Under the pieces are notes generated by a model that was not told the DNA's origin, ran no database searches, and saw nothing but the letters and a program-made list of their open reading frames with translations. A stretch of DNA of 45,237 nt from a virus, in UHGV virus genome UHGV-1373231; one strand, 5' to 3'. A program made the translations under genes and the position numbers. This document shows, in pieces, positions 1-9,370 of the stretch; within the stretch, counting starts at the first letter, position 1, and every line of letters begins with the position of its first letter.

Positions 1-522
1 ATTTTTTTGTTTGATCATCAATTTTGATAGATGAATAGCAGACTCAACTAATTCTGGATTATCAAATCTCATATCGTTATTGATAACTTTTAACCATACT
101 CCACGCTCAACACAATAAAGATTTTTTATTCTAAAATCTCTGTTGTCCCCGTTAAGAAAAACAACTACATAACCTTCCGGAATCCTTCCATGTTTTTGCT
201 CCCATAAGTAATGATGATAGAGTTTCCAATTTTTGTTATAGTCTCCCTTAGAATTTGAATGTTTAATAATTACATATCCGTCTTTATCAATACTTTTAGT
301 TCCAATTGCATAAGTATTATAAGAATGATCACCTTTTTTAAATCTTCCTGTATTGTTATTGAATTTAATTCCAATTTGATACATTTTGGACTTAAGAGAC
401 GACTTAGATTGATTTGTCCCAAATTTATTGTTGAAAGATTGCGTTAAATCTTCTGAATTGTTACCATTCGCATTTTCTTTTAGAAATTTCACATGTTTAT
501 CTTGCCATTTAAAATATGTCAT
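1..522 (-). CDS. HNH endonuclease, 3' end truncated at the window start. The frame continues across 45237->45217 if the molecule is circular.
   Basis: ATG at 522 overlaps the upstream stop (ATGA). The translation ...KLYHHYLWEQKHGRIPEGYVVVFLNGDNRDFRIKNLYCVERG shows an H-H..N..H HNH-type motif. The frame is open to position 1. Confidence 0.6.
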   Translation of the reverse strand, partial: MTYFKWQDKHVKFLKENANGNNSEDLTQSFNNKFGTNQSKSSLKSKMYQIGIKFNNNTGRFKKGDHSYNTYAIGTKSIDKDGYVIIKHSNSKGDYNKNWKLYHHYLWEQKHGRIPEGYVVVFLNGDNRDFRIKNLYCVERGVWLKVINNDMRFDNPELVESAIHLSKLMIKQKN

Positions 523-779
523 TTTTCTTTGTTTTCCAACATTTTAGGTAATTTAGCGTCAGCATTCATTTGCTCATCTTTAAACTTATGCGCTTGTAAA
601 ATTAGATTTCCATTACTCACAATGTTTTTAGCTACATCAGAAACTGCTTTCGATCTATTCAATTCTTCTTGTAACTCTTCGCCTTTTAAATCTTCATCAC
701 TTAGTCTTTCTAGTTGCGCAAATAAATGATTGTTTAAGTCGTTTAATGTGTTTTTAGTCATATATTGTATCCTCCTCAT
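519..779 (-). CDS. hypothetical protein (86 aa)
   Basis: ORF in an operon-packed minus-strand context. Confidence 0.45.
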   Translation of the reverse strand: MRRIQYMTKNTLNDLNNHLFAQLERLSDEDLKGEELQEELNRSKAVSDVAKNIVSNGNLILQAHKFKDEQMNADAKLPKMLENKEK

Positions 780-1059
780 GCATTTTCAAATTTCTAGCAA
801 TATCTATTAATTCATCTAATTTCTGATTAGTAGTTTTATCAATTTCTTCATCTGATACTAAAAAGTCATTGATTTTCACGTTGAAATGCTTACAAATTTT
901 ATCTAAAGTATCGAACTTAATTCCCTTCGCTTCGTTTTTGATAAGTGATAGGATAGTCGGTCTACTTATACCAGTTGCCTCAGATAATTCCGTTTGATTA
1001 ACTTCATATATTTTCATTAATTCTTTTAATCTGCATTTAATCATCTCTAATCCTCCCAC
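754..1059 (-). CDS. XRE-family HTH DNA-binding protein
   Basis: Motif QTELSEATGISRPTILSLIKNE, a typical HTH_3. Confidence 0.55.
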   Translation of the reverse strand: MGGLEMIKCRLKELMKIYEVNQTELSEATGISRPTILSLIKNEAKGIKFDTLDKICKHFNVKINDFLVSDEEIDKTTNQKLDELIDIARNLKMHEEDTIYD

Positions 1060-1514
1060 TTCTCAAACGCTCTATTCAGGTACCAACGCGCTTTGTCTAA
1101 ATCTTCTTTACCATTCTTACGATTAGCACGACTTATATATTTAATTGCGTTACCAATCGCAAACGCTAACTCGGGTTTGTAATCTTTAGTGACCTGCTCT
1201 ATGAAGTCTATAACTTCTATATCTCCATACGTATAATGTGTTGGGTGACTAACCTTGTCATTTAACGTCTTTCGAGGTTCTTCATTTTCATCAGGTAATG
1301 AGTAAAAATCGTAACTATCATCAATAGTCCACGTTCTCCCGTCAATTGCTTCTACATCAGCAAGCCATTTATCTATAGCAAGATTTGACCCAGTTTTTGG
1401 CTCAGTTTTTGACCCAGTTAAACGATATACACCTTCTATTTGCACTGTAATTTCATCACCATTAACTTCTTGCATTCTTATTCTATCGCCTCTATTCAAA
1501 TCTTTAATACTCAT
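1047..1514 (-). CDS. DUF3310-like phage protein
   Basis: The C-terminus, HPTHYTYGDIEVIDFIEQV...AFAIGNAIKYISRA, resembles the DUF3310 family of staphylococcal phages. Confidence 0.45.
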   Translation of the reverse strand: MSIKDLNRGDRIRMQEVNGDEITVQIEGVYRLTGSKTEPKTGSNLAIDKWLADVEAIDGRTWTIDDSYDFYSLPDENEEPRKTLNDKVSHPTHYTYGDIEVIDFIEQVTKDYKPELAFAIGNAIKYISRANRKNGKEDLDKARWYLNRAFEKWED

Positions 1515-1870
1515 GATCTAACCACCTTTCTAGGAAAGATGTCATTTTCCATAAGGTGCGCGCACCATTCACCACGAGGGTGTTTTTGAGGTACTGTGAA
1601 TAAATGTGGTTTCTTACGTTTCAGCTCTTGTAATCTGCGTTGCTCCATTCTCTCTCTATAACTAGCGATGTCGTTCTCTTTAGGTTTTAAACTATCCCAC
1701 TCACTACGTCTTACTCCAATAGGTGCTTCTATTGCATCTTCAAATTTCCAACCAGAAGCTAATCTTTGTCTTAAGATATCAGAATTGATATCTGCTTCTT
1801 TCATTTTCTCTACTACATCTGGTGTAATAGAGAAGTATTTATTTTTAACTCTCATTTTTGTCGCTTCCAT
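1511..1870 (-). CDS. hypothetical protein (119 aa)
   Basis: ORF whose stop overlaps the next start. Confidence 0.45.
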   Translation of the reverse strand: MEATKMRVKNKYFSITPDVVEKMKEADINSDILRQRLASGWKFEDAIEAPIGVRRSEWDSLKPKENDIASYRERMEQRRLQELKRKKPHLFTVPQKHPRGEWCAHLMENDIFPRKVVRS

Positions 1871-2062
1871 TTACTCCACCTCTATTAATTCAACTAGTTC
1901 AAAATCTTCATTCATCAACTCTTTGTCAGGGTTGTTACTGATTAAATCTAAAATGCGTTCCTTTTCATCACTTGCAGTAATTTGATTGTTTACCCAAACT
2001 GGATACTTACATCTAACTTTCATTGTTGCTTCGACTGTGACTGTTTCTTCTCTGTTAGCCAT
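1871..2062 (-). CDS. hypothetical protein (63 aa)
   Basis: Short ORF packed between neighbours. Confidence 0.4.
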   Translation of the reverse strand: MANREETVTVEATMKVRCKYPVWVNNQITASDEKERILDLISNNPDKELMNEDFELVELIEVE

Positions 2063-2487
2063 TACTCATCACCGACCAATTCGCCATCTTTCCAGATTAA
2101 AGTCGTTGTCATATCATCATTTAAATTGTAAAAAGCAACGCTATGTTCATTTTTGACTTCTGAAATAGAGTGATTACCATATAAATGTGATTTTAATAAT
2201 TTTAAACTTTGCCACTCTGCCTTTTTTGAAGGTACTGCATTTCTGACTTCTAAAAGTCTGAAAATTATTGTTTCTTCAGTAACTTCTTCTTCAGTTTCTA
2301 CTGTGAAAGTATCTTCGGGTGGATAACAATAATCAGCGCTAAAATCTATCCAACCGATTGAATCAAACACTACTGGTCTATAATTTGCTTGATTAGGTGT
2401 AAACCCTCTATTTTTAATATTGTTTTTAAATCCCCACTCAATCAATTCTGGTAATGTCATTTCAACTTTCTTTTTAATCTTTACCAT
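2062..2487 (-). CDS. hypothetical protein, paralog of 44188..44586
   Basis: It shares the N-terminus MVKIK and the C-terminal motif T.IWKDGELV with the 132-aa ORF at 44188..44586. Confidence 0.5.
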   Translation of the reverse strand: MVKIKKKVEMTLPELIEWGFKNNIKNRGFTPNQANYRPVVFDSIGWIDFSADYCYPPEDTFTVETEEEVTEETIIFRLLEVRNAVPSKKAEWQSLKLLKSHLYGNHSISEVKNEHSVAFYNLNDDMTTTLIWKDGELVGDE

Positions 2488-2890
2488 TCTTCATCTTCTC
2501 CTTTTTACGCTTCCTGCGTGCCTTAATTAGTTCTTCGTACGTTATCCACTCTTGACCTGTGTATTTAGGCGCTTTACATATCCATGTGAGTGGTATTTCT
2601 CTGTTTTGATATCTAAATATCTTCGCTTTCAACTTCGCTACTTCTGTTGGCATACCTTTTACGTCTATCACTTCAAGCAGCTTGTTATTTTTCCATAATG
2701 CAAAGTCGGCTATATATTCCGTTTTACGTTGGTTATCAAACTTAGGTATCAACTCATATCTAGGTTGTAACTCGATATGATCATATTCCTTGCCTAAGTT
2801 ACGTTCTAAATGTTGGTAATAGTCGCATTCAATTTTGCTATCGAACACAAAACCTTTATATTCAACTTTTTTAGAATTGTATTTACTCAA
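2474..2890 (-). CDS. DUF1064-domain protein
   Basis: MSKYNSKKVEYKGFVFDSKIECDYYQHL... matches the DUF1064 N-terminal signature found in staphylococcal phage replication modules. Confidence 0.55.
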   Translation of the reverse strand: MSKYNSKKVEYKGFVFDSKIECDYYQHLERNLGKEYDHIELQPRYELIPKFDNQRKTEYIADFALWKNNKLLEVIDVKGMPTEVAKLKAKIFRYQNREIPLTWICKAPKYTGQEWITYEELIKARRKRKKEKMKNGKD

Positions 2891-2899
2891 AACTCCACC

Positions 2900-3145
2900 T
2901 CAAAATAATAATTCGTTAATTGTCATTTGCTGTTGCAGTTCTTCTTTTCTGAACAACTTGTGTTTGTGTTTCAGTTTTTCTAACTCATCTTTCGTTACTG
3001 TTCCTGAAAATGTGTTTCTAAAGTGAATGCCTGCATAGTTACCTAGTTTGAATGTATCTTCTCCTAACGGCGTTACACTGCACATCTTCCAACCGTCAAT
3101 CTGATATAACGTGTATTGCTTTTTAAGTCCGTCGATAAGCCCCAT
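2900..3145 (-). CDS. hypothetical protein (81 aa)
   Basis: ORF. Confidence 0.4.
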   Translation of the reverse strand: MGLIDGLKKQYTLYQIDGWKMCSVTPLGEDTFKLGNYAGIHFRNTFSGTVTKDELEKLKHKHKLFRKEELQQQMTINELLF

Positions 3146-3285
3146 TAGGACACCTCCGTTATCGCCTGTCTGTTGCTTTTTTCTTCTAGCTTGTCGTTAA
3201 TTAGCTTGATAAGTTTCTCTTGATTACCATTCGCCCAATCAAGTAATTTTTGAGCATACACATCGGAACACTCAAGTATTTGCAT
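3145..3285 (-). CDS. small hypothetical protein (46 aa), not in the ORF track
   Basis: ATG at 3285 is preceded by AAGGAA. Its stop overlaps the next ATG (TAATG). Confidence 0.35.
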   Translation of the reverse strand: MQILECSDVYAQKLLDWANGNQEKLIKLINDKLEEKSNRQAITEVS

Positions 3286-3296
3286 AATGTTTTCCT

Positions 3297-4067
3297 TTAC
3301 CATGCGTCACGCTCCCTGTAGTCATCGCCTAGTACTTTTACAGTCCTAGCGTTATGTTTCATTCTCGAATTGATCCTTTGCCAATTCATATTTTGATTGA
3401 GTTCTTTATCACTAAAATTTGTAGTGAAGATATTATTCTTTCCAACTCTGTTATCTACAATGCTGAATAATTTATTTAATGTGTGTTCAGTGTTCTCTAC
3501 ACCTATATCGTCGAGTACTAGCAAATCTATGTTGCTTAGCAGTTGTACAAGTTCATCTGTAGTTTCTGCAGCATTCTTGTTATATGTCGCTTTAATACGC
3601 TCCATTAACATTGGAATGTGCATAAAAGCCACTGAATGTCCTTCGTTTTTAATTGCTTTAGCTATGGCATACGCTATATGGCTTTTTCCGGTACCGTATG
3701 AGCCTTGTAAGATTAATGACTTAGGTTTATCTACTGAGAATGTTTTGACGTACTCTATGGCTGTTTTTTTGGCGTATATTTGCTTTTCGTTTTGGGGTTT
3801 GTAATTATTTACTGTTGCATCTTTTAACGAGCCATTAACTGTTGATTGACTAAAAATACTGTTGATATATTTTTGCTTTCTCTTTCGCTCTGCTTCTTTA
3901 CCAGCTTGTATCATTGAACAGTCACAACCATGTCTAAACTCGTGTCCGTTACTAAACTTGTAATAGTCGTATGTGTTTCCACACTTACTACATTTAAGGT
4001 TGTGTTGTTCTTCTACGATGTTTTTACTAGGTTTGATATTTCTAGCTAAACTTTCCATTGATTGCAT
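3297..4067 (-). CDS. DnaC/IstB-like helicase loader ATPase
   Basis: Walker A motif LILQGSYGTGKSHIAYAIA. There is an N-terminal Cys-rich zinc finger. Confidence 0.75.
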   Translation of the reverse strand: MQSMESLARNIKPSKNIVEEQHNLKCSKCGNTYDYYKFSNGHEFRHGCDCSMIQAGKEAERKRKQKYINSIFSQSTVNGSLKDATVNNYKPQNEKQIYAKKTAIEYVKTFSVDKPKSLILQGSYGTGKSHIAYAIAKAIKNEGHSVAFMHIPMLMERIKATYNKNAAETTDELVQLLSNIDLLVLDDIGVENTEHTLNKLFSIVDNRVGKNNIFTTNFSDKELNQNMNWQRINSRMKHNARTVKVLGDDYRERDAW

Positions 4068-4079
4068 TTATAATCACTC

Positions 4080-4853
4080 CTAGTCCCAATAACTCTCGTC
4101 ATACTTCATTCTTTCTAGTTGATCCATGCCAGTTGATTTTGTCTTTTGATTTAGATAACCTTCAAATTTAGTACCGAATAACGTTTCAGGTCGAAGGTAC
4201 TTATCACTGTCTGTGTTTAACCACTCATCAGTTTTGACATCAATCACCTTTTTAAAATCATCCAATCTAAAATCTTGGTTCCATCTTGCTTCAATAAACT
4301 TTCTTGTTTTAGCTGTTTTATGCTTGAAGTTTTTACCAGTTTTCTCATTTAGGTAATCAACAATTTCTTTATAAGGTATTCGAGACGCAGTCGGGTTGCC
4401 CGACAATATATTATTGTTAGTAGTCTCTGTAGTAATCTCTGTGTAGTCTCTGGTATTGGTCGTATCATTTTGATACACTCCATCGTTTCTTTTTGATACG
4501 TTCGTCGTATCATTTTGATACGATGGTCGTTTCATACCTTCTAACTTTTCATAATTGATGCTGTACCACTTCGTTTTATCGAATTTAGCTTTGTTATAGT
4601 TGCCTACATACAATAGATTTTGTTTTTCTAAACTATATACTGCACGCTTGATTGTCATTACAGACCAAAAAGGAAAGTGTTTTTGCCATTCAGGGAATGA
4701 ATTGTATATCCAGCGTCTACCATCGTAGTTATGATTACTTTTCTTCAACCAGTAGTGCATTTGTTGTAATACAATTGCTTCATTAAGTCCTATCTCACTT
4801 GCTAACGCAGGAAGTACAAGTATTGGATAATCGTCAATTAGTAGATTGCTCAC
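4080..4853 (-). CDS. DnaD-like replication initiator / replisome organizer
   Basis: The N-terminus, LLIDDYPILVLPALASEIGLNEAIVLQQMHYW, resembles the phage replisome-organizer N-terminal domain. The gene contains DNA iterons. Confidence 0.65.
   Translation of the reverse strand: MSNLLIDDYPILVLPALASEIGLNEAIVLQQMHYWLKKSNHNYDGRRWIYNSFPEWQKHFPFWSVMTIKRAVYSLEKQNLLYVGNYNKAKFDKTKWYSINYEKLEGMKRPSYQNDTTNVSKRNDGVYQNDTTNTRDYTEITTETTNNNILSGNPTASRIPYKEIVDYLNEKTGKNFKHKTAKTRKFIEARWNQDFRLDDFKKVIDVKTDEWLNTDSDKYLRPETLFGTKFEGYLNQKTKSTGMDQLERMKYDESYWD
4388..4525. promoter_or_regulatory. candidate replication origin, with iterons and a GC hairpin, inside the DnaD-like gene
   Basis: GTCGGGttgCCCGAC hairpin at 4390-4404. 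Three copies of (G)TAGTCTCTG/TAATCTCTG at 4420-4452. GTCGTATCATTTTGATAC occurs twice (4459-4476, 4504-4521), with a third partial copy TTTTTGATACG. Confidence 0.4.
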
Positions 4854-5068
4854 GTTTTATCACTTCCATTCAGTAACTCTGTTACAGTAATATTCATGTC
4901 ATCAGCGATTAATTTAAGTCGCTTAACGTTAGGTTTTGAAATGTCTTTTTCCCACCTACTAACAATACTGTCTGACGCATTGTCAATTAATTCTCCAAAC
5001 TCTCTCATATTCAGACCTTTGTCCTGTCTGTGTTGTTTAATACGACTACCTAAAGTCATTTCTATCAC
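4850..5068 (-). CDS. XRE-family HTH protein
   Basis: HTH_3 motif LNMREFGELIDNASDSIVSRWEKD. Confidence 0.55.
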   Translation of the reverse strand: MIEMTLGSRIKQHRQDKGLNMREFGELIDNASDSIVSRWEKDISKPNVKRLKLIADDMNITVTELLNGSDKT

Positions 5069-5274
5069 TCCCCGTACAATATATATCCTTCGCTATATTT
5101 TAGATGTTTAGCTATTTTAGGGATTGTTTCTTTTTTAGGTAAATGCATACCAGATTCCCATTTTTGAACTGTTGATTTTGTTGTATCAGTTTTAATAGCT
5201 AATTCTTTTTGTGTCATTCCTAATCGTGTTCTTCGTTCATTTATACGTTCTCCTACATCAAATCTATCTATCAT
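5065..5274 (-). CDS. XRE-family HTH protein
   Basis: HTH_3 motif MTQKELAIKTDTTKSTVQKWESG. Its start overlaps the next stop (ATGA). Confidence 0.55.
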   Translation of the reverse strand: MIDRFDVGERINERRTRLGMTQKELAIKTDTTKSTVQKWESGMHLPKKETIPKIAKHLKYSEGYILYGE

Positions 5275-5938
5275 TTTTTACTCCTCTCAACATTTTGTTT
5301 AAGCGCTCATCAACTTTTATCCAGCTATCTTGTAAGATATATTTTTCGTCGAATGACTTAACGCCTATGTTGTGCTGTTCTTGGTGGTGTCGTCTGCATA
5401 AAGCCAACACTTCATAATCGTAATGCTGCATCTTCTTACGGTTAGCACCACGACCTATTGCGTAGTGATGTGCGAGGTCGGCGTTTGATTTCCCACATAG
5501 TACACAGTTTCGATTCACCGTTGCCCAGTACAACATAGCTTTATCTCCACTTAACAACTTACTTGTTTCTACTCTCATTGGTATTTGATGATGGAACATA
5601 AAGGCGATAATCAGTTCTATCAATTCGCTTGCCACTCTCATTGAACAGTCACGTAAACTTATTTCTTCGTAACCATTCATAATTTCAAGTTCTGCTTGAA
5701 ACCTTTTCCTTAGTGATTCCACAGGTTCTCCCCAGTGCAACTCAATATCTCTACATAATGCAAAAATCTTTTTACGTTGTTCTATTGATAATTTTTTGTT
5801 ATCAGGTACTTCAACTTCTGCAATGAGTGAGTAACCATTTTCTAATAAGTCAATATGACTTTGTTCTAATTCAACACCAGTCGCAACGACGGAATAAGTA
5901 CCGTCGTTATCTCGCTGGTATCTTGTAATGTGTTGCAT
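5264..5938 (-). CDS. Zn-finger / HNH-like nuclease-family protein (DUF968-like)
   Basis: Motifs CVLCG...ADLAHHYAIGRG...LALCRRHHQEQH, Cys/His clusters. Confidence 0.4.
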   Translation of the reverse strand: MQHITRYQRDNDGTYSVVATGVELEQSHIDLLENGYSLIAEVEVPDNKKLSIEQRKKIFALCRDIELHWGEPVESLRKRFQAELEIMNGYEEISLRDCSMRVASELIELIIAFMFHHQIPMRVETSKLLSGDKAMLYWATVNRNCVLCGKSNADLAHHYAIGRGANRKKMQHYDYEVLALCRRHHQEQHNIGVKSFDEKYILQDSWIKVDERLNKMLRGVKNDR

Positions 5939-5949
5939 TTAATCACTTC

Positions 5950-6504
5950 CTAGAAAGGTAAGTCATCATTACTAATATCAATTGGTCCATTAGCATTACC
6001 AAAAGGGTTATCTTGTTTTGTCATTGGCGTTTGCTGTCCGTTGGCTTGTTGTTCACGTTGTTTCATTTCATCAGTTTTAGGTTCTGGCTTATTAACTATT
6101 TCATCGCCTTTATTCCAAACTTTAACGAATGACAGTCTTACGAAATACTTTCCTTGATCTTCGTTAAACTTATTTTTAAGTACGATTGTTCCCATTTTGT
6201 TAATTAATCTGTCTGTATCGAAAGTTAAATCAGGCAAATTAAGTTGAATTCCTAGTCTGCTTAATAATTCGATATATTGTCTTTCTTGGAAGTCTTGTTG
6301 GAATGGTGGTACAAATTGATTGTGTTTGTATTGTTTACCTTCGTTATTTTCAAATACGATAGTGAAATATCTTCCTTCTTTGTCGTTAAATTCAACATCT
6401 TTAACTTTAACTGTGAATTCTCCTGTCCCTAAGAAGTCTCCACCTTTCATAAACGCCTCTTGATTAGTTTCTTTAGTGTGTTGTGCTTGTCCTGTAATTT
6501 TCAT
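5950..6504 (-). CDS. phage SSB-like protein
   Basis: The C-terminus ends ...ISNDDLPF, the conserved acidic SSB tail. It sits directly downstream of Sak4. Confidence 0.45.
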   Translation of the reverse strand: MKITGQAQHTKETNQEAFMKGGDFLGTGEFTVKVKDVEFNDKEGRYFTIVFENNEGKQYKHNQFVPPFQQDFQERQYIELLSRLGIQLNLPDLTFDTDRLINKMGTIVLKNKFNEDQGKYFVRLSFVKVWNKGDEIVNKPEPKTDEMKQREQQANGQQTPMTKQDNPFGNANGPIDISNDDLPF

Positions 6505-6532
6505 AATTTTATACCGTCCTTATTAGTTATTT

Positions 6533-7309
6533 TTAATTTCCATTTCTGATTGCTTGTACTACGTCCGTTATGCTAGGGTTTACAAATTTCTTATTGTTAA
6601 TCGTTATATTGCTTGCATGTCTTATTTTGGTTTCAAATAAATTAGAGGGTTCAGCGTTAAGTACATACTCGTATGACTTTTGTCCGTTTTCCTCATGCTC
6701 TTCAATTGTCATTCTTGCTAAAACATCCGATTGACTTACAACTGCTTTTCTTATTTGATCTTGTGCCTCAATCGTGATAGTGGGATTAATCGTGCTGCCT
6801 TCATCGTCTTTATCTTTGTTGATACCTTCATGACCACTTATCGCTAAATGGAATTGATATTGTTCTTGTAACTTAGAAACATATCTGTACATATGCACAA
6901 TGCGTGTCGCACATTCTCCCCAATCATTAAATGTCGGTTTCTTAGTCTTACCATTCATAATGTCGTCAATAGTGATATCGCGTAGTTTCTGTATTGTTTC
7001 AATCACTACTACGTCTATTCGCTTTCCGTTTTCTCTTAGTTTCTCAATTACTTGAGGTAACATTTTTATTACATAAGCAAAGTGTTTGTAGTTTTTGATT
7101 TGTACTACTGCACCATCTTCTGTAACGGTTGTTCCATCTTCATTAATATCAAGCACAAGTGCGTTGTTATCTTTTGTTAAAAAGGTTGTTTTACCTGTAC
7201 CGAATTTTCCGTAGATAGCGAATTTATAAAACTTGTTAGCATTTTGTTTGCTGATATCTTTAACTCCTAGTTGAGTCAGGATATCTTGCTCTTGTTTTTC
7301 TTCAGTCAT
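6533..7309 (-). CDS. Sak4-like RecA-fold ATPase
   Basis: Walker A motif FAIYGKFGTGKTTF. Confidence 0.65.
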   Translation of the reverse strand: MTEEKQEQDILTQLGVKDISKQNANKFYKFAIYGKFGTGKTTFLTKDNNALVLDINEDGTTVTEDGAVVQIKNYKHFAYVIKMLPQVIEKLRENGKRIDVVVIETIQKLRDITIDDIMNGKTKKPTFNDWGECATRIVHMYRYVSKLQEQYQFHLAISGHEGINKDKDDEGSTINPTITIEAQDQIRKAVVSQSDVLARMTIEEHEENGQKSYEYVLNAEPSNLFETKIRHASNITINNKKFVNPSITDVVQAIRNGN

Positions 7310-7795
7310 CTATCTCACCCTCAAACTTCTACTTTGTTTTAGTTCTACTCCATTGAGTTCTAAACCGTCTTTAACAGCTTTTAACAACTCTTTTTTATCC
7401 AGCTTAGGTTCTTGTTCAACGTAATATTGTTTAGGTATTAAACTTTCATCTGTTACATCTAAGCTAGGTGGGTTGTTAGCAATACTGTACGAATTAAGCG
7501 CGGTTTTAAACTTTTCTTTACCTGTCTGCTCCATAACTTCCTGTAAGCTTTCTTTTAAACGTTTGACGCCGTTTTGATTAGAAGTTTTACGTTGTCTTAA
7601 ACGTTTTATCTCTTCATCTATAGCATTGTTATCTGCTTCTAAAGATTTAATAACTGCTACATATCCATCTGCTTTATCTTCGATAGCATCATTAATACTT
7701 GCTAGCGTATCTTTTAAAATTTGTTCATCTTCTTGTTCTGCAATAAGGTCGTAAACTTGTTGGTAACTATCTTTTAATTCAAATAAATTACTCAT
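7310..7795 (-). CDS. Gp157-family (DUF1351) protein
   Basis: Coiled-coil protein of the size and position of Gp157 upstream of Sak4. Confidence 0.5.
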   Translation of the reverse strand: MSNLFELKDSYQQVYDLIAEQEDEQILKDTLASINDAIEDKADGYVAVIKSLEADNNAIDEEIKRLRQRKTSNQNGVKRLKESLQEVMEQTGKEKFKTALNSYSIANNPPSLDVTDESLIPKQYYVEQEPKLDKKELLKAVKDGLELNGVELKQSRSLRVR

Positions 7796-8039
7796 CGATT
7801 AAACACTCCCCTGCAATGACATCTTTTGCTAATTCAAAATTTCTTTGTAATTCTTTATCTGTGAAAAATTCGTAGAAATTCAGATGATTACAGTCACTTT
7901 CATATTTTTGAGAATAGTGCCAAAAGGTAATACCAACTTCTCCATTATCAAAAGTATGAAATTCTGCTTTCACTTTTTCATCACTATTCAAAATCAATTT
8001 ATTTAAATCATTGGCCGTTTTTAATAATTTGCGTCTCAA
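7788..8039 (-). CDS. hypothetical protein (83 aa)
   Basis: ORF. Confidence 0.4.
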   Translation of the reverse strand: MRRKLLKTANDLNKLILNSDEKVKAEFHTFDNGEVGITFWHYSQKYESDCNHLNFYEFFTDKELQRNFELAKDVIAGECLIDE

Positions 8040-8100
8040 CTTGACTACCTCCGTATATTTTGATTAAATTAAGTTGTATATTTTGATCAGAGTTCGACTG

Positions 8101-8277
8101 TTACTTGTTGGCGCAAGTTTCAGTCTTTTTTGTTATCTCAAGCCACTTTTCCCAGAAGAATGTGCTAAAGATAAGCGTTAACATTGAAAATGCTATTACC
8201 GTAAAGAAACCACCTCCTAAAACTAATGTGATGATCATTGCAATAAACATAGTCATATAGCTAAGTAAGTACTTCAT
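8101..8277 (-). CDS. small membrane protein (~58 aa), not in the ORF track
   Basis: RBS AGAGGA before ATG at 8277. Hydrophobic sequence MKYLLSYMTMFIAMIITLVLGGGFF... Confidence 0.4.
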   Translation of the reverse strand: MKYLLSYMTMFIAMIITLVLGGGFFTVIAFSMLTLIFSTFFWEKWLEITKKTETCANK

Positions 8278-8369
8278 TTATCATCCTCTTCTTTCATTTT
8301 TAAAAGTTTTTCGATATATCCTCTCTCTAATGCGAAATCAAATAACATTTGTTGAATGTGTGGTGGCAT
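8274..8369 (-). CDS. tiny ORF (31 aa), not in the ORF track
   Basis: Strong RBS AGAGGAGGA. ATGA overlap with the downstream gene. Confidence 0.25.
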   Translation of the reverse strand: MPPHIQQMLFDFALERGYIEKLLKMKEEDDK

Positions 8370-8370
8370 A

Positions 8371-8538
8371 TTAGTCCTCCTCTTCTTCATCGAATTCGAT
8401 AATTGGTTTAGGCGCTATACCTATCTCTATATCGATTGCGTCATAATTTAAATCTTCGATAGCTTCTTCAATTTCATTTATTGCACTTTTGATTTTTGAT
8501 GCTTCAGGCACTCCGTATTGAATTTTTAAGCTTTTCAT
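8371..8538 (-). CDS. small acidic protein (55 aa), not in the ORF track
   Basis: RBS AAAGGAG lies 6 nt before ATG at 8538. Confidence 0.4.
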   Translation of the reverse strand: MKSLKIQYGVPEASKIKSAINEIEEAIEDLNYDAIDIEIGIAPKPIIEFDEEEED

Positions 8539-8551
8539 TTTATTCGCTCCT

Positions 8552-9346
8552 TTAATTTGTTTGTGGTTCTGTTAAAAATTTATTGATAAAGTATTGTTGG
8601 CCTTTACCTGTTACTTTAGGTGTACGTGTAATTTTGCTAGATCCATCAGGATTGTTAATTACACGTTTCTTTATATCTAATATTTCTAAATCCATACTTT
8701 TTTGAGTTGGTAAGTTATAGCTTTCTCCACTCTTTTTAATTAAGTAACCGTTGTTTCTTAACCATTTGAATAATCTGTTTTGCCCAACATCAACACCGTT
8801 TTGTTTAAGTAATTTCGCTAATTCTCCTACGAGTATTGAATTATCGCTACCAGCAACTGAATCTGCGAATAGTACTTTAGGTTTGTTTTCCTTAACTTGT
8901 TGTTCGAGAACTAAATTATGTTCTTTTTCTTTCTTATATTCTGTGAGTACGTTGATAATGTAATCTGGATTATTTAATATGTTTTCGATTACATTGTCCG
9001 TTGCGTATATTCCATTTTTACGAATAGCTGGCAAAACTTCAGATGTTACCCAACGTTTGAAACGTTTAGCACTTTCTAACTTGCTTGAAAAGATTAAGCT
9101 ATAAAGTCCACTTTCGTTGATGATGGTCATTTTTTGAGTACCACCAAGGGGGCCTCGAATTGGGGCATCCTTTTTATCTTCAAAATCAACATGTTTAGCA
9201 ATAGCGTTTCGAGCTTTTGAATATCCTAAAATTTCCGCCACATCTTTACCTACAAAATATGGTTCATCGTCTACCGTTAAAGTCCTTACTGGTAATTCTT
9301 CAAAATTGAATGTTTGTAATTCACTCACTTTCGATTCCTCCTTCAA
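8552..9346 (-). CDS. phage antirepressor (Bro-N / KilA-C type)
   Basis: The N-terminal sequence FNFEELPVRTLTVDDEPYFVGKDVAEILGY is a Bro-N signature. Confidence 0.65.
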   Translation of the reverse strand: MKEESKVSELQTFNFEELPVRTLTVDDEPYFVGKDVAEILGYSKARNAIAKHVDFEDKKDAPIRGPLGGTQKMTIINESGLYSLIFSSKLESAKRFKRWVTSEVLPAIRKNGIYATDNVIENILNNPDYIINVLTEYKKEKEHNLVLEQQVKENKPKVLFADSVAGSDNSILVGELAKLLKQNGVDVGQNRLFKWLRNNGYLIKKSGESYNLPTQKSMDLEILDIKKRVINNPDGSSKITRTPKVTGKGQQYFINKFLTEPQTN

Positions 9347-9370
9347 ACTTCACTAAAAGTGAAGTAAATA

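Noticed and set aside
259-447. Plus-strand 62-aa ORF at the window start
   Set aside because: It overlaps the minus-strand HNH endonuclease frame, which has clear domain motifs.
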